Origin: Eledone cirrhosa
Lineage: Eukaryota
DNA: 64,000 nucleotides
NCBI GenBank assembly: GCA_964016885.1
Contig: OZ024741.1
Location: 331,762,001 to 331,826,000, forward strand
Direction: 5' to 3'
Shown here: piece by piece, positions 12,232 to 26,298 of the stretch
Position numbering within the stretch: the stretch's first letter is position 1
Layout: every line of letters begins with the position of its first letter
Notes under the pieces: model-generated
Seen by the model: only the letters and a program-made list of their open reading frames with translations
Databases searched by the model: none
Told to the model about the DNA's origin: nothing
Position numbers and translations under genes: made by a program

Positions 12232-12376
12232 GCCTGCAACCTTACATCGGGGAAAGGTGGAGTGGAAGAATGTACATTTATGACTCTCGACCAAAGTAGT
12301 GGATTAGAAAACTCCCTTAAAAGCAGTCGACATGGTTGGATTAAAGGGGAAAATGGACTTTATGAAGAAATACCAG
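12232..12376 (+). CDS. Candidate isolated exon, unknown product
   Basis: Non-repetitive open frame ACNLTSGKGGVEECTFMTLDQSSGLENSLKSSRHGWIKGENGLYEEIP ending at CAG/GTAAGA; weak acceptor; no recognised homology. Confidence 0.3.
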
Positions 12377-12402
12377 GTAAGACTGACTTTTAGTTGCTAT
12401 CT

Positions 12403-13019
12403 TAACCCTCTCCTCGCCATATTTCTAGTGAAATACACTGCCTAGAATTTCCAAATCACTTTGAAAATAACCAAGAATTTCGTGAGATTTAGTAATATAA
12501 CTAACTTTCTTATTATTAAGCTGGTGTTTGGAACATAAATTATGATAGAAGCGTTTTTAGAGAAATATAAACACTTTAACCCATTCCTGACTATATTTCT
12601 AATGAAATACACTGCCTAGAATGTTCAAGTTATTTTGAAAATAATCAAGAAGTTGGTGGAATTTAGTAATATAACTAACTTTCTCATTTTTAAGCTGGTG
12701 TTTGGAGCATAACATAACAAAGGTCCTTATATAAAATTATGATTAAAGGGCTTTTAGATAAACAAACAATTTAACCCTTTAATGACCATATTTCTAGTGA
12801 AATCAAGAGTTTAGTGGGACTTTGTGAAATAACTTTCTCATTATTAAGCTGGTGTTTTGAGCATAACTTAACAAAGGTTCTTACATAAAATTATAATAAT
12901 AATAATAATGAAATTATTGTGTACAGTGCTGATGGAAGGTTTTTTAAATAAATACAAATATTTTAAAATAAATAGTTTTGCGTCATAGAACCAGGGTGGT
13001 TTGGTATAAGAAGGGTTAA
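12403..13019. mobile_element. piggyBac-like MITE with ~175-200-bp internal tandem repeats
   Basis: Three TTAACCC..CATATTTCTAGTGAAAT starts and an AAGGG-TTAA end. Confidence 0.55.
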
Positions 13020-14084
13020 GTGTGTGATACTGTTGTCAAACGTAAGCTATGTATCTACTACAGAGTATAATCACATTACATGAATGACATTAAACATATA
13101 CTGATATACATTGAATACAGTATATAGTGGACTTTACATAACTCCTTATATAATGCCCTGATAGATTAAATTTAATCAAGGTTAATACACAGGGTAGAAA
13201 AGGCGGCAAATTTGCAGAGTTGTTAGAATGTCAGATGAATTCTGTGAGGTATTTGTTTTGGCTCTCGGCTTTCTGAGTCCAAATCTCACTGAGATCAACT
13301 TTGTCTTTCATCCATTCAAGAAAAAAGTACCAGTCAATTACTGGGGTTGATTCTTCCTCTGTATCTCTTTCTCACTTCCATTCTCTCATTCTCTATCCTT
13401 CTCTGGAAGAAATCTGCTGTATTAAAACCAGTAGAGGATATGAGCTCTGCCAGGCTTAAAAATGCCCTAGAAATGCCATATGTCAATACAGTGTTCCTAA
13501 GACTCCCTCGAGGGTTACAAGACCAAACATACACAGGGTAGAAACAAATAATATAATAATATGGGTGCTGTGAGTCCATAAGGAATATTTAAATTCAATA
13601 TTAGTAACCATCAATTAACTATATGTTCCTTATGCAGATTGGCATCCCAGGGAAATTTTCCAGTATAAATCTTAATTCTTAACGTCCTGTATCACATGAA
13701 ACCACATTAGCAACACATTCTTGCAAAGTACAAAACAGTACCATGACAGCATAATATTAAAATTTAGCCTTTAGTTCATTCAGTTTGCTGTAGTTTGTCA
13801 TGATGATTTGCCAACTAATAAAGATACTACAAACATTTGAATGAAGACACTTAATTTTAGATAATTTCTACTAAATCATTACAAGTTATTAAGAGTTAAA
13901 TTGCCTAATTAATGAATGTTTTTTTTTTGCTCAAAATCTATATATTTTCCAAACCATTCTAAAGTCAGGGAAGTATAAGTAAAACTATGTTTTGCTGAGG
14001 AGATTTAATAAGACAAAACATATCCAGAGTTGTTCTTTTATCTACCAACGATTAGACTCATTTGCACTGTTTGCTGCTATCCTT

Positions 14085-14365
14085 CATCTTCTTTTCCCAC
14101 TTATTCCTGTGAGGGTTGGGGGAGGGGAACAGAGCCCTCAAACACTCCTTCCAGTGGGTCATGTCAGAGGCAATCGTCTCCAATGAGCTAGCTGGATCCC
14201 CAAGCGAGACCAGCTGAGTTGATGGATGTTATCCAATCATCTTGTTTGGGGGTCTATCATCGGTCTCCTGCCAGCTGGGTTTCCTTGTAAAATCCATGCA
14301 GCAATTCTGTCCTGAGGCATTCTAACCTTATGCCTATGGTATCAGAGTTGTGGTCTCTCTATCCA
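14085..14365 (-). mobile_element. RTE-clade LINE (second family) 3' end
   Basis: Homologous to 16520-16800. Confidence 0.65.
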
Positions 14366-15175
14366 ATTTAAAAAATCTTTATACTAATACTGAAAATTTT
14401 CACAAAGATCTGTCTGCCCATAAAGATGCTATAAACTTGTTTTCAGATATTTTCTGCTAAATTATTAGAGGGTGTTAAGAGTAAACACTGCATATTTTTA
14501 TAACAATCTGTCCACTAGGAAAGATGCTATAAACATCTGAATTAACAAACTACATTAGCAACACATTCTCAGAAAGCAACAAAACAGCACTGAAGTCTTT
14601 ACTTTAATACTGCAAATTTTTACAACAATCTGTCTGATAGTAAAAATACTATAAACATTTGAATTAACCAACCCGTTTTTAGATATTTTCTGCTAAATGT
14701 TAAGAGTTAAAACCAGAGCTAAATCATTATAGGTTGTTGATAGTAAGAACCACCATGTTGAACTCTTAACATATGAATTACACTAGAATCAATTATCAAA
14801 CGAAAAAAAATATATAAATATATATATATCATCATATTTGGTTGCCTCATACACTAAGGTGATAAATTCCAAATAAGTATCAAATTACACATGTAACCAT
14901 TCCTATTGGATGAACCCTAAGGTGAAACTTTCATAATTTCAGCCTTCAAAAGAATGTAATATGCAGAGAGAAGATTTTTAAAGCAAACATCTGTCCAATT
15001 GCTACCATAAAGGCTTCTCTTTACAACATCTGCCTATCTACATCTTCATCTTCTCACTGTATGTATTTCATTTTATGTATTATTGACTCATTCATGTACA
15101 AATAAGTTTGTAGTCTAGAACATCTCAATTTTTCAATTTGTCTATTTGTTTATTTTCAACTTATATCTATATCTA

Positions 15176-16356
15176 TTGGGTTAGCCAAAAAGTCTGTTCG
15201 GTTTCCTTAGTGAAAATGAAACACAATTTTAAACCCACAGCAATTTATTCAATTGCCATTTTGTTCCAGTACTTTTCACCATCTTCTAGGCAGATCCATT
15301 ATTCCCTGTCTTTATTGGTGAAGAACCCTTCCAAATGAATGTTCACATCTTCTGAAGAATTGAAGATCTGTCCATTCAAAGAATTTTGAATAGACCAAAA
15401 CAGGTGTAAATCTGAAGAAGCAAGGTCGGGTGAATATAGAGGGTGAGGCAAAACTTTCCAGTCAAGCCCTAGCAATTTCTGTCACGTCTGTGAGGAAGTG
15501 TATGGCTGGCATTGTCTTGATGAAAAACAATATCCTTTTGATTAGCAAGGTCTAGATGCTTCTGGTGGATTGCTGCATTTAATTAATCCAGCTGTTCACA
15601 GTACACATCTAAATTGATGTTCCTGTTTGTGGCAAGAAGCTCATAAAAGACAGCACCCTTCCAATCCTGCCAAATTGAAAGCATAATCTTCTTTGGATGG
15701 AGTCCTGCTTTGAAGGTTGTTTGTGGTGTTTCTGGACACTTCCCTCATGATAGTTTTTTGCATCACATTGTTATAGATGATCCATTTTTCGTCTCCAGTT
15801 ACCATTTTCTTATATAAAAAGGATCGTTTTCTTGGAGAACCCAAATATTGAGCCTGCTGATGAAACCAGGTTTATGCAGATGGTTTTCAACACTTGATTT
15901 GGATATCTGGAGAATATCTGTGATCTGGTTGGTGTCGACTAACTCCTTCACTTGGTCGCTGTTAACCACGGTTGGCCGTCCAGAGCGAGGTGCATCTTGA
16001 ATGGAAAAATTTCTCAATTGTAATCTTGAAAACCATTTCTGGCTTGCATGTTCTGTAACAGGATCCTCTCCATATACAGTACATATGCTTCAGCAAATTT
16101 CTGACACTTTCTTGCCTTTTTTAAAATAAAAAAAGCAAGATATGTCGATAATGTTCATTATGGTTCTTCATTTTGAGAGTTCAGATTAACGCACAAAATA
16201 CAACTAATCTCATTGGAATTTCACTATGAACTACTTTGAAGTATCAAGTATCTAACGAGTGCATATTCAAAAGGGAAAAAATGTAAAGTTAAAAAATACT
16301 AGAGCACCTGAAGTTTAGTATTGGCCAAAATCAAACAAACATTTTGGCGAACCCAA
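15176..16356 (-). mobile_element. Decayed mariner transposon
   Basis: TIRs TTGGGTTAGCCAAAAAGT / ACATTTTGGCGAACCCAA, TA TSD; transposase remnants DAPRSGRP, VTGDEKWI, HPLYSPDLASSD; frameshifted. Confidence 0.92.
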
Positions 16357-16519
16357 TATATATACTTATATCTATAATGTTAGAGTATTGAGAACAATAC
16401 AGTTAGATGATCTTTGTTGCCTTTACAAGATATATAAAATCAGTAATCATAGTCCGACAACTTTTATACAAACTGTATGTTGTTATCTAAATTATTACTC
16501 AATATAATAGTAATGATAA

Positions 16520-16940
16520 TAATATGCTTCCTAATCTTTGTCCACTTATTCCTGGGAGGGAAGTGGGAGCAGAGTCCTCAAACACTCCCTCCAACTGGTC
16601 CTGTCAGAAGCAATCATCTCCAATTGATCCAGCTGGATCCCCAAGTGAACCAGCCGAGTTCATGGATGTTATCTAATCATCTTCTTCAGGGTCTATTCCT
16701 GGGTCTCCTACCAGTTGGTATTGCCTATTAAATTTGTCCAGTGATTCTTTCTTGTGACATTCTAACCACATGTCCATAATATCGGAGCTGTGATCTCTTA
16801 ATTCGAGTGACACCCTGATCTCTGAGCTATGCACTTTATCGACGAAAATTACTCCAAAGACCCTTCGGAGGAACCCCATTTCAGCTGCTTGTGTTTGGGA
16901 TTGTATTCTTTCAGTCATTACCCAAGATTCATGACCATAT
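16520..16940 (-). mobile_element. RTE-clade LINE (second family) 3' fragment
   Basis: QAAEMGFLRRVFGV..DKVHSSEIR motif, followed by a frameshifted YYGHVVRM..GRPR segment. Confidence 0.75.
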
Positions 16941-17001
16941 TAAGATATTTTCAAATGATTTCTTTCTTTCTGGATGCTTCTTATATGAACTTCTTTTATA
17001 G

Positions 17002-17220
17002 AGGTTGTGGTGGTGGTGTTGGTGATGGTGGTATTGGTGGTGGTGTTGTTGTTGTTGGTGGTGTTGGTGGTGGTGGAGGTGGTGATGGTGGTGTTGGTGT
17101 TGGTGGTGTTGGTGGTGGTGGCAGTGGTGGTGTGGGTGTTAGTGGTGGTGGTGTTGGTGGTGGTGTTGGTGGTGGTGATGGTGGCAGCAGCAGTGTTGGT
17201 GTTGCTGTTGCTGTTGGTGG

Positions 17221-17251
<31 letters not shown>

Positions 17252-17728
17252 GTTGGTGTTGTTGTTGTTAGGGGTGGTGGTGTTGGTGGTGGTGTTGGTG
17301 TTGTTGTTGTTAGGGGTGGCAGTGGTGTTGGTGTTTGTGGTGACAGTGGTGGTGGTATTGGTGTTGGTGTTGGTGGTGGTGGCAGTGTTGGTGTTGTTGT
17401 TGGTGGTGGTCATGTTGGTGTTGCTGGTGGTGGTGGTGTTGGTGGTGGTTGTGACAGTGGTGGTGACAGTGGTGGTGGTAATGGTATTGATCACAGTTGT
17501 TGTGGGGGAGGACAGTGGCAGCAATGATGGTAGTGTGAGTAGTGGCATTGGTGGTAGTGTTGGAAACTGTGGTGATGGTCGAGGCAACAGTGATGATAAT
17601 GGCAACTGTAGTAGTAGTGATGGTGTTGGTTAAGGTGGAGGTGGTAGTAATAGTGGTGGTAGTAGTAGTAGAGGTGGTGGTGATGGTAGTAGTGATGGTG
17701 TTGGTTATGATGGAGGTGGTAGTAATAA

Positions 17729-17764
<36 letters not shown>

Positions 17765-17823
17765 AGGTGGTGGAGATGGTAGTAGTGATGGTGTTGGTTA
17801 TGGTGGAGGTGGTAGTAATAGTG

Positions 17824-17866
<43 letters not shown>

Positions 17867-18009
17867 AGGTGGTGGAGATGGTAGTAGTGATGGTGTTGGT
17901 TATGGTGGAGGTGGTAGTAATAGTAGTGGTAGTAGTAGTAGTAGTAGTAGTAGTGATGGTGGAGATGGTAGTAGTGATGGTGTTGGTTATGATGGAGGTG
18001 GTAGTAATA

Positions 18010-18058
<49 letters not shown>

Positions 18059-18199
18059 AGGTGGTGGAGATGGTAGTAGTGATGGTGTTGGTTATGGTGG
18101 AGGTGGTAGTAATAGTAGTGGTAGTAGTAGTAGTAGTAGTAGAGGTGGTGGAGATGGTAGTAGTGATGGTGTTGGTTATGATGGAGGTGGTAGTAATAA

Positions 18200-18259
<60 letters not shown>

Positions 18260-18458
18260 AGGTGGTGGAGATGGTAGTAGTGATGGTGTTGGTTATGGTG
18301 GAGGTGGTAGTTATAGTAGTGGTAGTAGTAGTAGTAGTAGTAGTAGAGGTGGTGGAGATGAAGTAGTGATGGTGTTGGTTAAGGTGGAGGTGGTAGAAAT
18401 AGTGGTAGTAGTAGTAGTAGTAGTAGTAGTAGAGGTGGTGGAGGTGGTAGAAATAGTG

Positions 18459-18498
<40 letters not shown>

Positions 18499-18595
18499 AG
18501 GTGTTGGAGATGGTAGTAGTGATGGTGATGGTAGTGGTAGTAGGTGTGGTAGTGTTGATAGTTGTGATTGTAATTGTGATGATGCTGGTTGTAGA
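17002..18595. repeat. Compound (GGT/GTT/TAG)n satellite with ~60-nt higher-order units
   Basis: Recurrent GAGGTGGTGGAGATGGTAGTAGTGATGGTGTTGGTTATG units separated by variable (TAG)n. Confidence 0.92.
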
Positions 18596-18928
18596 GCTGG
18601 GCCATTCAGTAATGTTAAAGGAGATTTGATTTAATTCCTGTAAAGACGCTATGTAGGTCAAGAGGTGGAGAAGAAGATAAAGATATTATTTTATCAATAT
18701 ACATTATCAGTGATCTAGAGCTTAGGTCTTTGCTCTTTGATTCTTAATTTTTGAATTGCAAAGCCATCAAATGTCCAAAAGACATATGTGTGTGAGTGTG
18801 TGTGTGTCTATGTTATATATATATATATATAATGTATGAGATTCCACTACACACACTTTTATCTCCCTAATGTCATTACTTCCACAGGAAAAATGTCTCA
18901 TACACACACACACACACACACATATATG

Positions 18929-18961
<33 letters not shown>

Positions 18962-19025
18962 GTATATATATATACATATATACATACATACATATATATA
19001 TATATACATATATACATACATATAT

Positions 19026-19067
<42 letters not shown>

Positions 19068-19699
19068 ACATATATACATATATACACACACATATGCACA
19101 CACATATACACTCACACACATATATATATATATATAGAGTTAATTAAAGAATAAGATAATATATTATCTTTAAATATAACTGTATCTTTGGTATATTTGA
19201 TATATATATATCATCATCATCACCGTTTTACGTCCATTCTTCCACGCAGTATAAGCAAAGCATGATCACGTGACCTGGCATTGCCCACAACAGGAAAACT
19301 TGTCTAATCCATGCTAGTGTGGAAGAATGGACATACAACAGTGATGATGATAATGATGATATAGTTACAACAGTGACATGCACAGGTACTTAAGTTTCGT
19401 TGGGTTATTCACCCCAACTCATTCAGCCTATCATATAAATAAAAATGGCTTCCCACCATGGAGATTTTAGAAAGTACAGGAGAGTTCTAAGGGTAGGTAA
19501 TTCCTAATTGATCTATAAATAGATGAATCCCTTGAATAATGTAAGTGAAAAGAGAGAGAACTACAAAAAAGACCAAGGTAGGCAACTTGTGTCACGGGGG
19601 AGCCGAAGAGTTAAGTTCAAAAGTCAAAGAAAATAATATCAGTTAAACCAGTCTGGACCATTTTTCAGAGCAAATTTTGCTTCATAAGGATAAACTTGT

Positions 19700-21196
19700 A
19701 ACCCACATAGTCAGTCAGGATGGTGTCTACCAATGACTGGTGCAGCAGTTCAATCATAAATTGCTACAAGGACAAAGGTGATTGCCCTAGAAAGGAGAAA
19801 CTATAGCGGAATAAAACTAATGGACTAAGTTACAAAAGTGATAGAAAGTATAATAGTGAAACAAATTAGATATAGTCAAATTAGATGAGATGCAGTTTGG
19901 TTTCATGCATGGGAAAAAAACTATAGATGCCCTCTTCTTAGTGAGGCAACTACAAGAGAAGTTCTAAGCCAAAAATAAGCCACTATTCGTAGCTTTCGTT
20001 AATTTAGAAATAGCATTTGACAAAGTACCCTGATCCATTATCTGGTGGTCCTTAAGGACATTAGGTGTAGAATAATGGTTGTTGATGAGAACAGTGCAAG
20101 CTATGTACAGAGGAGCTGTCAGTAAAATGAGAGTAGGAAATGAGTTTAGTGAAGAATTCAAGGTACAAGTAGTTCATCAAAGTTTGGTTCTTAGCCCACT
20201 ACTATTCATTATTGTTCTCCAGGCCATAACAGAGGAGTTTAAGACCAGCTGCCCATGGGAACTTCTTTATGCAAAGATCTAGAAAATGAGTTCCGACTAT
20301 GGAAATAGAATTTAGAATCAATAGGTCTGAGAGTAAACTTAACCAAAACTAAAGTGCCACTGATTCCTTCAGGGAAGTCCCTGCTCAATATGTAGAAAAG
20401 GAGTAGGCATAAACTCTATATGATGTACACAATGTAAATCTTGGTGGGTACACAAGAGATATAGTTGGATAATGGGTAGATTAACAGGAATGGAAGAATT
20501 TTTTTGTAGAAGATGTACAAGGGTAACTGAGGGGAAGAGAGCCAGTGATGTAAACCTATTCCAGTCATAGGAAGGACCCATAGTAGTGATTGATAGTTTC
20601 TGCTACCTAGGCAATGTAATTATCAATGGAAGCAGGTGTTCTGAGAGCATAATAGCTAGAATAAGGATAGGATGGAAAAAGTGCAGAGAGCTACTCCCAC
20701 TGTTGACCAAAAACGGTTTCTCCCTACATACAAAAGGATGACTGTATGATACCTGTGTGTGAAGTGTGATGCTGCATAGTAGTGAAACATGGGCTGTGAC
20801 TGAGGAAGACATGTGTAGAGTGGAGAGAAATGAAGTAGTCATGCTTCATTGGATGTGCAATGTAAGTGTGAGAGAAAGGCAGAGCTTGGACAAGTTGATG
20901 GAAAAGCTGGGTTTAAGAAGAATCTGAGGTGGGGTGTAGGAGAGAAAACTGCATTGGTATGGACATGTGATGCGCATTGGGTGAAGAAGTGTCAGGAAAT
21001 GCCTGTGGAAGGAAGCTATGGTAGAGGTAGACCAAGAAAGACCTAGACCGAGGTTGTGAGAGCTGAGCTTAAATCACTGAGACACACAGAGGCAATGACA
21101 AAGATTGCAATGAGTGGAGAAATGCTGTGCTGAGAAGGACCCATCCAAACCTTGCAAATATGGAAAAACTAACGTAAAAATGATGATGATGATGAT
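19700..21196 (+). mobile_element. Old RTE-type LINE, RT region to 3' tail
   Basis: MQFGFM, AFVNLEIAFDKVP, VLSPLLFIIV, WELLYA, Cys-rich insert, GRGRPRKT, (ATG)n tail; many stops. Confidence 0.88.
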
Positions 21197-21996
21197 AATA
21201 TATGTTTATAATAACCTCATTGATAAAACTATTATTGATAAAGGCTGTCTGAATGACAAAGAAATGTTATCTTAATTTTTTAATAATCAGAAACACTGAC
21301 TGTCAATTTGTCGTTTATTTTAATTAAATTAATTATAGCACCTGTTGCAATGTCAGTAGTTTTGTTGAATATTTTGAAAAATTTGTTTGTTTTTGGTTGT
21401 TTGTTTTTTTAAAAAAGTCTGTGTTATTGTTGTTGTTGTTGTTGTTGTTGCTTGGTTGTGTGCTTGCATTACTTTCTTCTCTCTTTCTTTCGCTGTATTA
21501 AATTTGTTTAAAGTCATCAATATAATTTATTTTTACTGATGTTCAATATATTATTTATTTATATATTCATTTATCTATTTATCATCATCATCATCATTCA
21601 TCATCATCACCGTTTTACGTCCGTTCTTCCACGCTAGCATGGGTTAGACGGGAGCATTTATTTATATAGTTATTTATTCATTTATATATTTATTTATATA
21701 TTTATTTATATATTCATTTATATATCTATTTATATATTTATTTACTTATTTATTTATCTATATATTTATTTATTTGTTTATTTATTTATTTATTTATAAT
21801 TTCCATCAATAATTGCAAAAATATTGCTATTTTGTTGCCTTTTATTATTATTTTTGTATTTCCGTTATGTTACAACTTTTACTTGATCGGAATATTAATA
21901 GTCAGATCAGTAGTAATATTTATTGTCTATAGCTTTTAGCATGGAATATATTTTGGTACATCATTGATCTTGTGTTATTTTAGTATTCAGTTTTAT

Positions 21997-22380
21997 GGCA
22001 GTGGATTGGCAGAATTGGTAGAGTGTCAGATATAACATGCTTTGAGGTATTTAGTTCTGGCTCTTTCTATTCTGAGTTCACATTCTGCTGAAGTCAACTT
22101 TGCCTTTCCTCCTTCCAAAATCGATAAAATAAAGTACCAGTTACATACTGGTGCTGATAAAATACAGTACTAGTAATGCACTGGGGTCGATTTAATCAAC
22201 TTTTCCTCCCTCAAAATTGTTGACCCTGTGCTTAAGTCAGAAACCATTATCATTAACTTTACCTTTCATCCTTCAGGGGTCAATTAAATAAAGTACCAGT
22301 AACACACAAGGATCGATTAAACCGACTTCCCCCACCCCCAAATTGTTGGCTTTATGCCTAAATCTGAAACCATTGTTATT
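21997..22380 (+). mobile_element. Family A SINE plus a second partial copy
   Basis: tRNA head and Meta body present; body repeated. Confidence 0.75.
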
Positions 22381-23260
22381 ATTATTATATCTTGTGTTCA
22401 TTTTATATCACTGGGTCCAAGCCATGGGAATGGGTGTATAAAAGGTATATGATATATATATTTATTTTGAATCTTGCTTTGCTTTATTTAGAAATATTTC
22501 TGTTACTAACTGATTGTGTTCATCATATCTGTATTTGTATTTTGTGGTCATCATAATTTGGCATTAATAATATACTATTTGGATACCCTTACTATCACCA
22601 GCACTACTTGACAGCATGGACTGGGTGCTTTTATTTGTGCCACCAACACTAGAGAGGTTGTTTTACTGGTATTCTCCACGCCGCACTAATTTATTCGGAG
22701 TGGTTGCTCTCCTAGACAGGTTGCCTACACTTCAGCTTATGGAGCCTCTGTCTGCTCCGTGCCTGTTCTGATCGGTCTGGAGCTGCTATTTATGCATATC
22801 AAGGTACTCTTAGTGAGTCAACATTTCTCATGTGGAGGGAGCGGGTAGCTGGAGAAGAGAAAGTGATGATGAGGTTTAGGGTGACTGGGATTATGGTGCC
22901 ATATGCATGAGGAAGTGGATGGTATATGGCATCAGACCTGCATACCTGCAGGAGGGTGGGAAATGGTGACATATGTAGCAACAGGTGAGTCCTGTCACTG
23001 ATGAACATATATACATAACTACATATGTATATATACACACACAATATACATGCATATTTACTCACACATACATACAAACATACAAATATATATATATATA
23101 TTCACACATATAACATTTTTTAAATTTATCTGACACTGATTATATATATATATATAATATTTAATGTAGAAGCTATTTCTATATCAAATATTGTATATAC
23201 TCTACAATGTATTGAGTACCTTTCTTACTGTGGTTACCCCCGATTCAACCTGGAATACAC

Positions 23261-23585
23261 ATCATCATCATTTTACGTCCGCTTTTCCCTGCTTGCAAGG
23301 GTGGGATGGGAACTGATTCTGGCTTGATTTCTACAGCCCTTCCTAACACCAACCTCATTTGCAGGGTGGTCTGGGTGCTTTTTTTCCATGGCACCTCCAC
23401 GACCACTTTGCAGTGGAATGATAGGGACCCCAGTCCTATCATCTCATTTCTACAGCTGAGTAAACTGGAGCAATGTGAAATAAAGTGTCTTGCTCAAGGA
23501 AACAACACATCACCTGGTCTGAGAATTGAACTCACAACCTTTCGATTGCAAGGCCAATGTTCTAACCACTAAGCCATGTGCGTCC
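23261..23585 (-). mobile_element. CORE-SINE family B
   Basis: Reverse complement of 24936-25270, with internal deletions. Confidence 0.85.
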
Positions 23586-23767
23586 ATATATATATATATA
23601 CAATATATAAACACAATATATATATATCATCATCATCATCGTTTAACGTCTATCTTCCATGCTAGCATGGGTTGTATACATACATATATATATATACACA
23701 CATACATATATGAATAAACATTGTTGTCTCTGATCAAAATGAAGCAAGAGTATATTTGAATTCATTG

Positions 23768-24750
23768 AATTAGTGGACAGCTTCCGTTACCTGGGCGATA
23801 AAATCAGCTGTGGGGGAGGGTGCTCTGAAAGTACAGTAGCTAGAGTCAGAACTGGTTGGAAAAAGTTCAGAGAGCTTATACCACTATTAGCTGCTAAAGG
23901 GTTCTCCCTAAAAATGAAAGGCAGGTTGTACGATGCCTGCATACGAACAGCAATGCTGCATGGCAGTGAGACCTGGGCATTGTGTGCAGAGGATATACGC
24001 AGACTAGAGAGGAACGAAGCTTGCATGCTCCGCTGGATGTGTAACAGTAATATACGTGAACGGCAAAGCATAAACGAACTAAGGAAAAAATTAGAGATAA
24101 GAGGGATCAGATGTTGTTTACTCGAGAGAAGGCTACGTTGGTATGGACACGTGATGCGCATGAAAGTCGATAGCTGTATAACAAAGTGCAGGGCAATAAA
24201 GATAGACGGTAGCCACGGAATAGGCAGACCTAGAAAAACCTGGGACGAGCTGATAAACTCCGACATCACACACTTACACCTCTCCAAGACAATGTCACTG
24301 GACCGAGACCTTTGGCGGTACTCAGTAACAGAGAAGACCCGCCTTACCTAAATATATAGTAAAACCTACTCCAGCCAGTAGGCATCTCTAACAAAATACA
24401 CCCCGTCCCACCACCACCACCACCACCCCATCCACACCACCCCGTTCTATGTAAAGTTATGTTGGTGCCGCGCCATCCAGGCCGAAACAAATGAGATCGT
24501 GTAGGTGTCACGACAAAAAAACACACAGTCCACGCTGTAATGTGGCCGTGTAGGCAACACGGTAAAAACCTCCCAGACCCACACTGTAAATGTGGTTGGT
24601 GTTAGGAAGGGCATCCAACTGTAGAAAACCTGCCAGACAGTCCTATGCGAGCAAGACAATCACTCTTACTCCAAGTGGGACTACCCCCGTCCAAACCCAT
24701 GCAAGCGTGGAACACGGACGTTAAACGTTGATGATGATGATGATGATGAT
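23768..24750 (+). mobile_element. RTE-type LINE, 5'-truncated, young
   Basis: Intact 192-aa RT C-terminal ORF 23773-24351, 3' UTR, (ATG)n tail. Confidence 0.93.
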
Positions 24751-24935
24751 TGAAAAATGAGAAAACCTGTCGCTAGAATAGCTGTTAAAACAATGATAGG
24801 CAAAATTGCCTCAGAGGACAAGAGCTTTCTATTTAGGACAGACACACATGGCTTGGGGTCCACTATCCCTTTGTTTTCTTTTCTTTGTCTTCTTTCATCC
24901 TTCCATCTGTTTGGTTTGTTTTATCACACACATAT

Positions 24936-25270
24936 GGAGGCACATGGCTTAGTGGTTAGAGAATTGGCCTTGCAATTGAAAGGTTGTGAGTTCAATTCTC
25001 AGACCGGGTGATGTGTTGTTTCCTTGAGCAAGACACTTTATTTCACATTGCTCCAGTTTACTCAGCTGTAGAAATGAGATAATGGGGACTGGGGTCCCTA
25101 TGATTCCACTGCAAAGTGGTCGTGGAGGTGCCACGGCAAAAAAGCAACCAGCACTCACTGTAAATGAGGTTGGTGTTAGGAAGGGCATCTAGCTGTAGAA
25201 ATCAAGCCAGAATCAGTTCCCGTCCCACAGGGAAAAGCCGACGTAAAAATGATGATGATGATGATGATGA
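24936..25270 (+). mobile_element. CORE-SINE family B, full length
   Basis: GGAGGCACATGGCTTAGTGGTTAGAG (A box), B box, CORE, RTE tail, (ATG)n. Confidence 0.9.
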
Positions 25271-25664
25271 CATCATACCAGCAGAAAGATTTATTTTTCT
25301 GTTGCACGATCAAGCATTTAAAAATGGTATTCTCCATTAAATTTTACAAAACTATTTTGCTGGTTTGAAAGCTGATGAGGATGAGCTGGTGTGTGTGTGG
25401 GCTTGTCTTGTATATCACCTTTCTTTGTTTTCACTTTTGGTGAATTCTGTGCATTAGCAGACTTCTTCTTGTCCTACTCCACTCCCAATCTTTTCTATCT
25501 TTCATCTGCCTGTCCCCACCTCGTGGATTGTCTCTCTGCTGGTCACTGATCGCTGCCCTCTTAGGCATTTTTGTCCATCGCTGTCATTGACAGCATTTGG
25601 TTATTTTAACAGCTGTTTTAATGATGAGTTTTCTCATTTTTCTCTCTATATATATATATATATA

Positions 25665-25853
25665 ACAAAGGAATTGTGGTAAGGAATCAGATGGACCATA
25701 ACGCACCAGAGTACTCAATACTTAGGGTAGTAGAGTGGAAAATAGGAAAAAGTATGGCCCCGACGGCAGGGATCAAGGCGTTTCGACGGCTATTTCTGGA
25801 CTCCAGAAATAGCCGTCGAAACGGTTTGAGCTCATACTTTTTCCTATTTTCCT
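25665..25853 (-). mobile_element. Penelope-like pLTR remnant, family 4 (half hammerhead)
   Basis: Palindrome GTTTCGACGGCTATTTCTGG..CCAGAAATAGCCGTCGAAAC in (TA)n; homologous to 55820-56010. Confidence 0.62.
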
Positions 25854-25874
25854 ATATATATATATATGTGATTC

Positions 25875-26193
25875 TTGGTTGATTTCTACAGCTGGATGCC
25901 CTTCCTAACACCAACCTCATTTACAGTGAGTGCTGGGTGCTTTTTTTCCATGTGCCTACACGACCACTTTACAGTGTGGGCTGGGTGCTTTTTTGCTGTG
26001 GCACCTCCACAACCACTTTGCAGTGGATGATATGGACCCCAGTCCCTATCATCTCATTTCTACAGCTGAGTAAACTGGAGCAATGTGAAATAAAGTGTCT
26101 TGCTCAAGGAAACAACACATCACCCGGTCTGAGAATTGAACTCACAACCTTTCGATTGCAAGGCCAATGCTCTAACCACTAAGCCATGTGCCT

Positions 26194-26195
<2 letters not shown>
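25875..26195 (-). mobile_element. CORE-SINE family B
   Basis: Same head and core; duplicated tail subunit. Confidence 0.85.
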
Positions 26196-26282
<87 letters not shown>

Positions 26283-26298
26283 CATACATACATACCAT

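Noticed and set aside
16829-18661. Long Thr-, Gly- and Val-rich ORFs (mucin-like)
   Set aside because: Open in several frames on both strands because of trinucleotide repeats; no unique coding flanks or splice evidence.
24936-25010. tRNA gene
   Set aside because: tRNA-like head runs directly into a CORE domain and LINE tail in multiple copies; it is a SINE.
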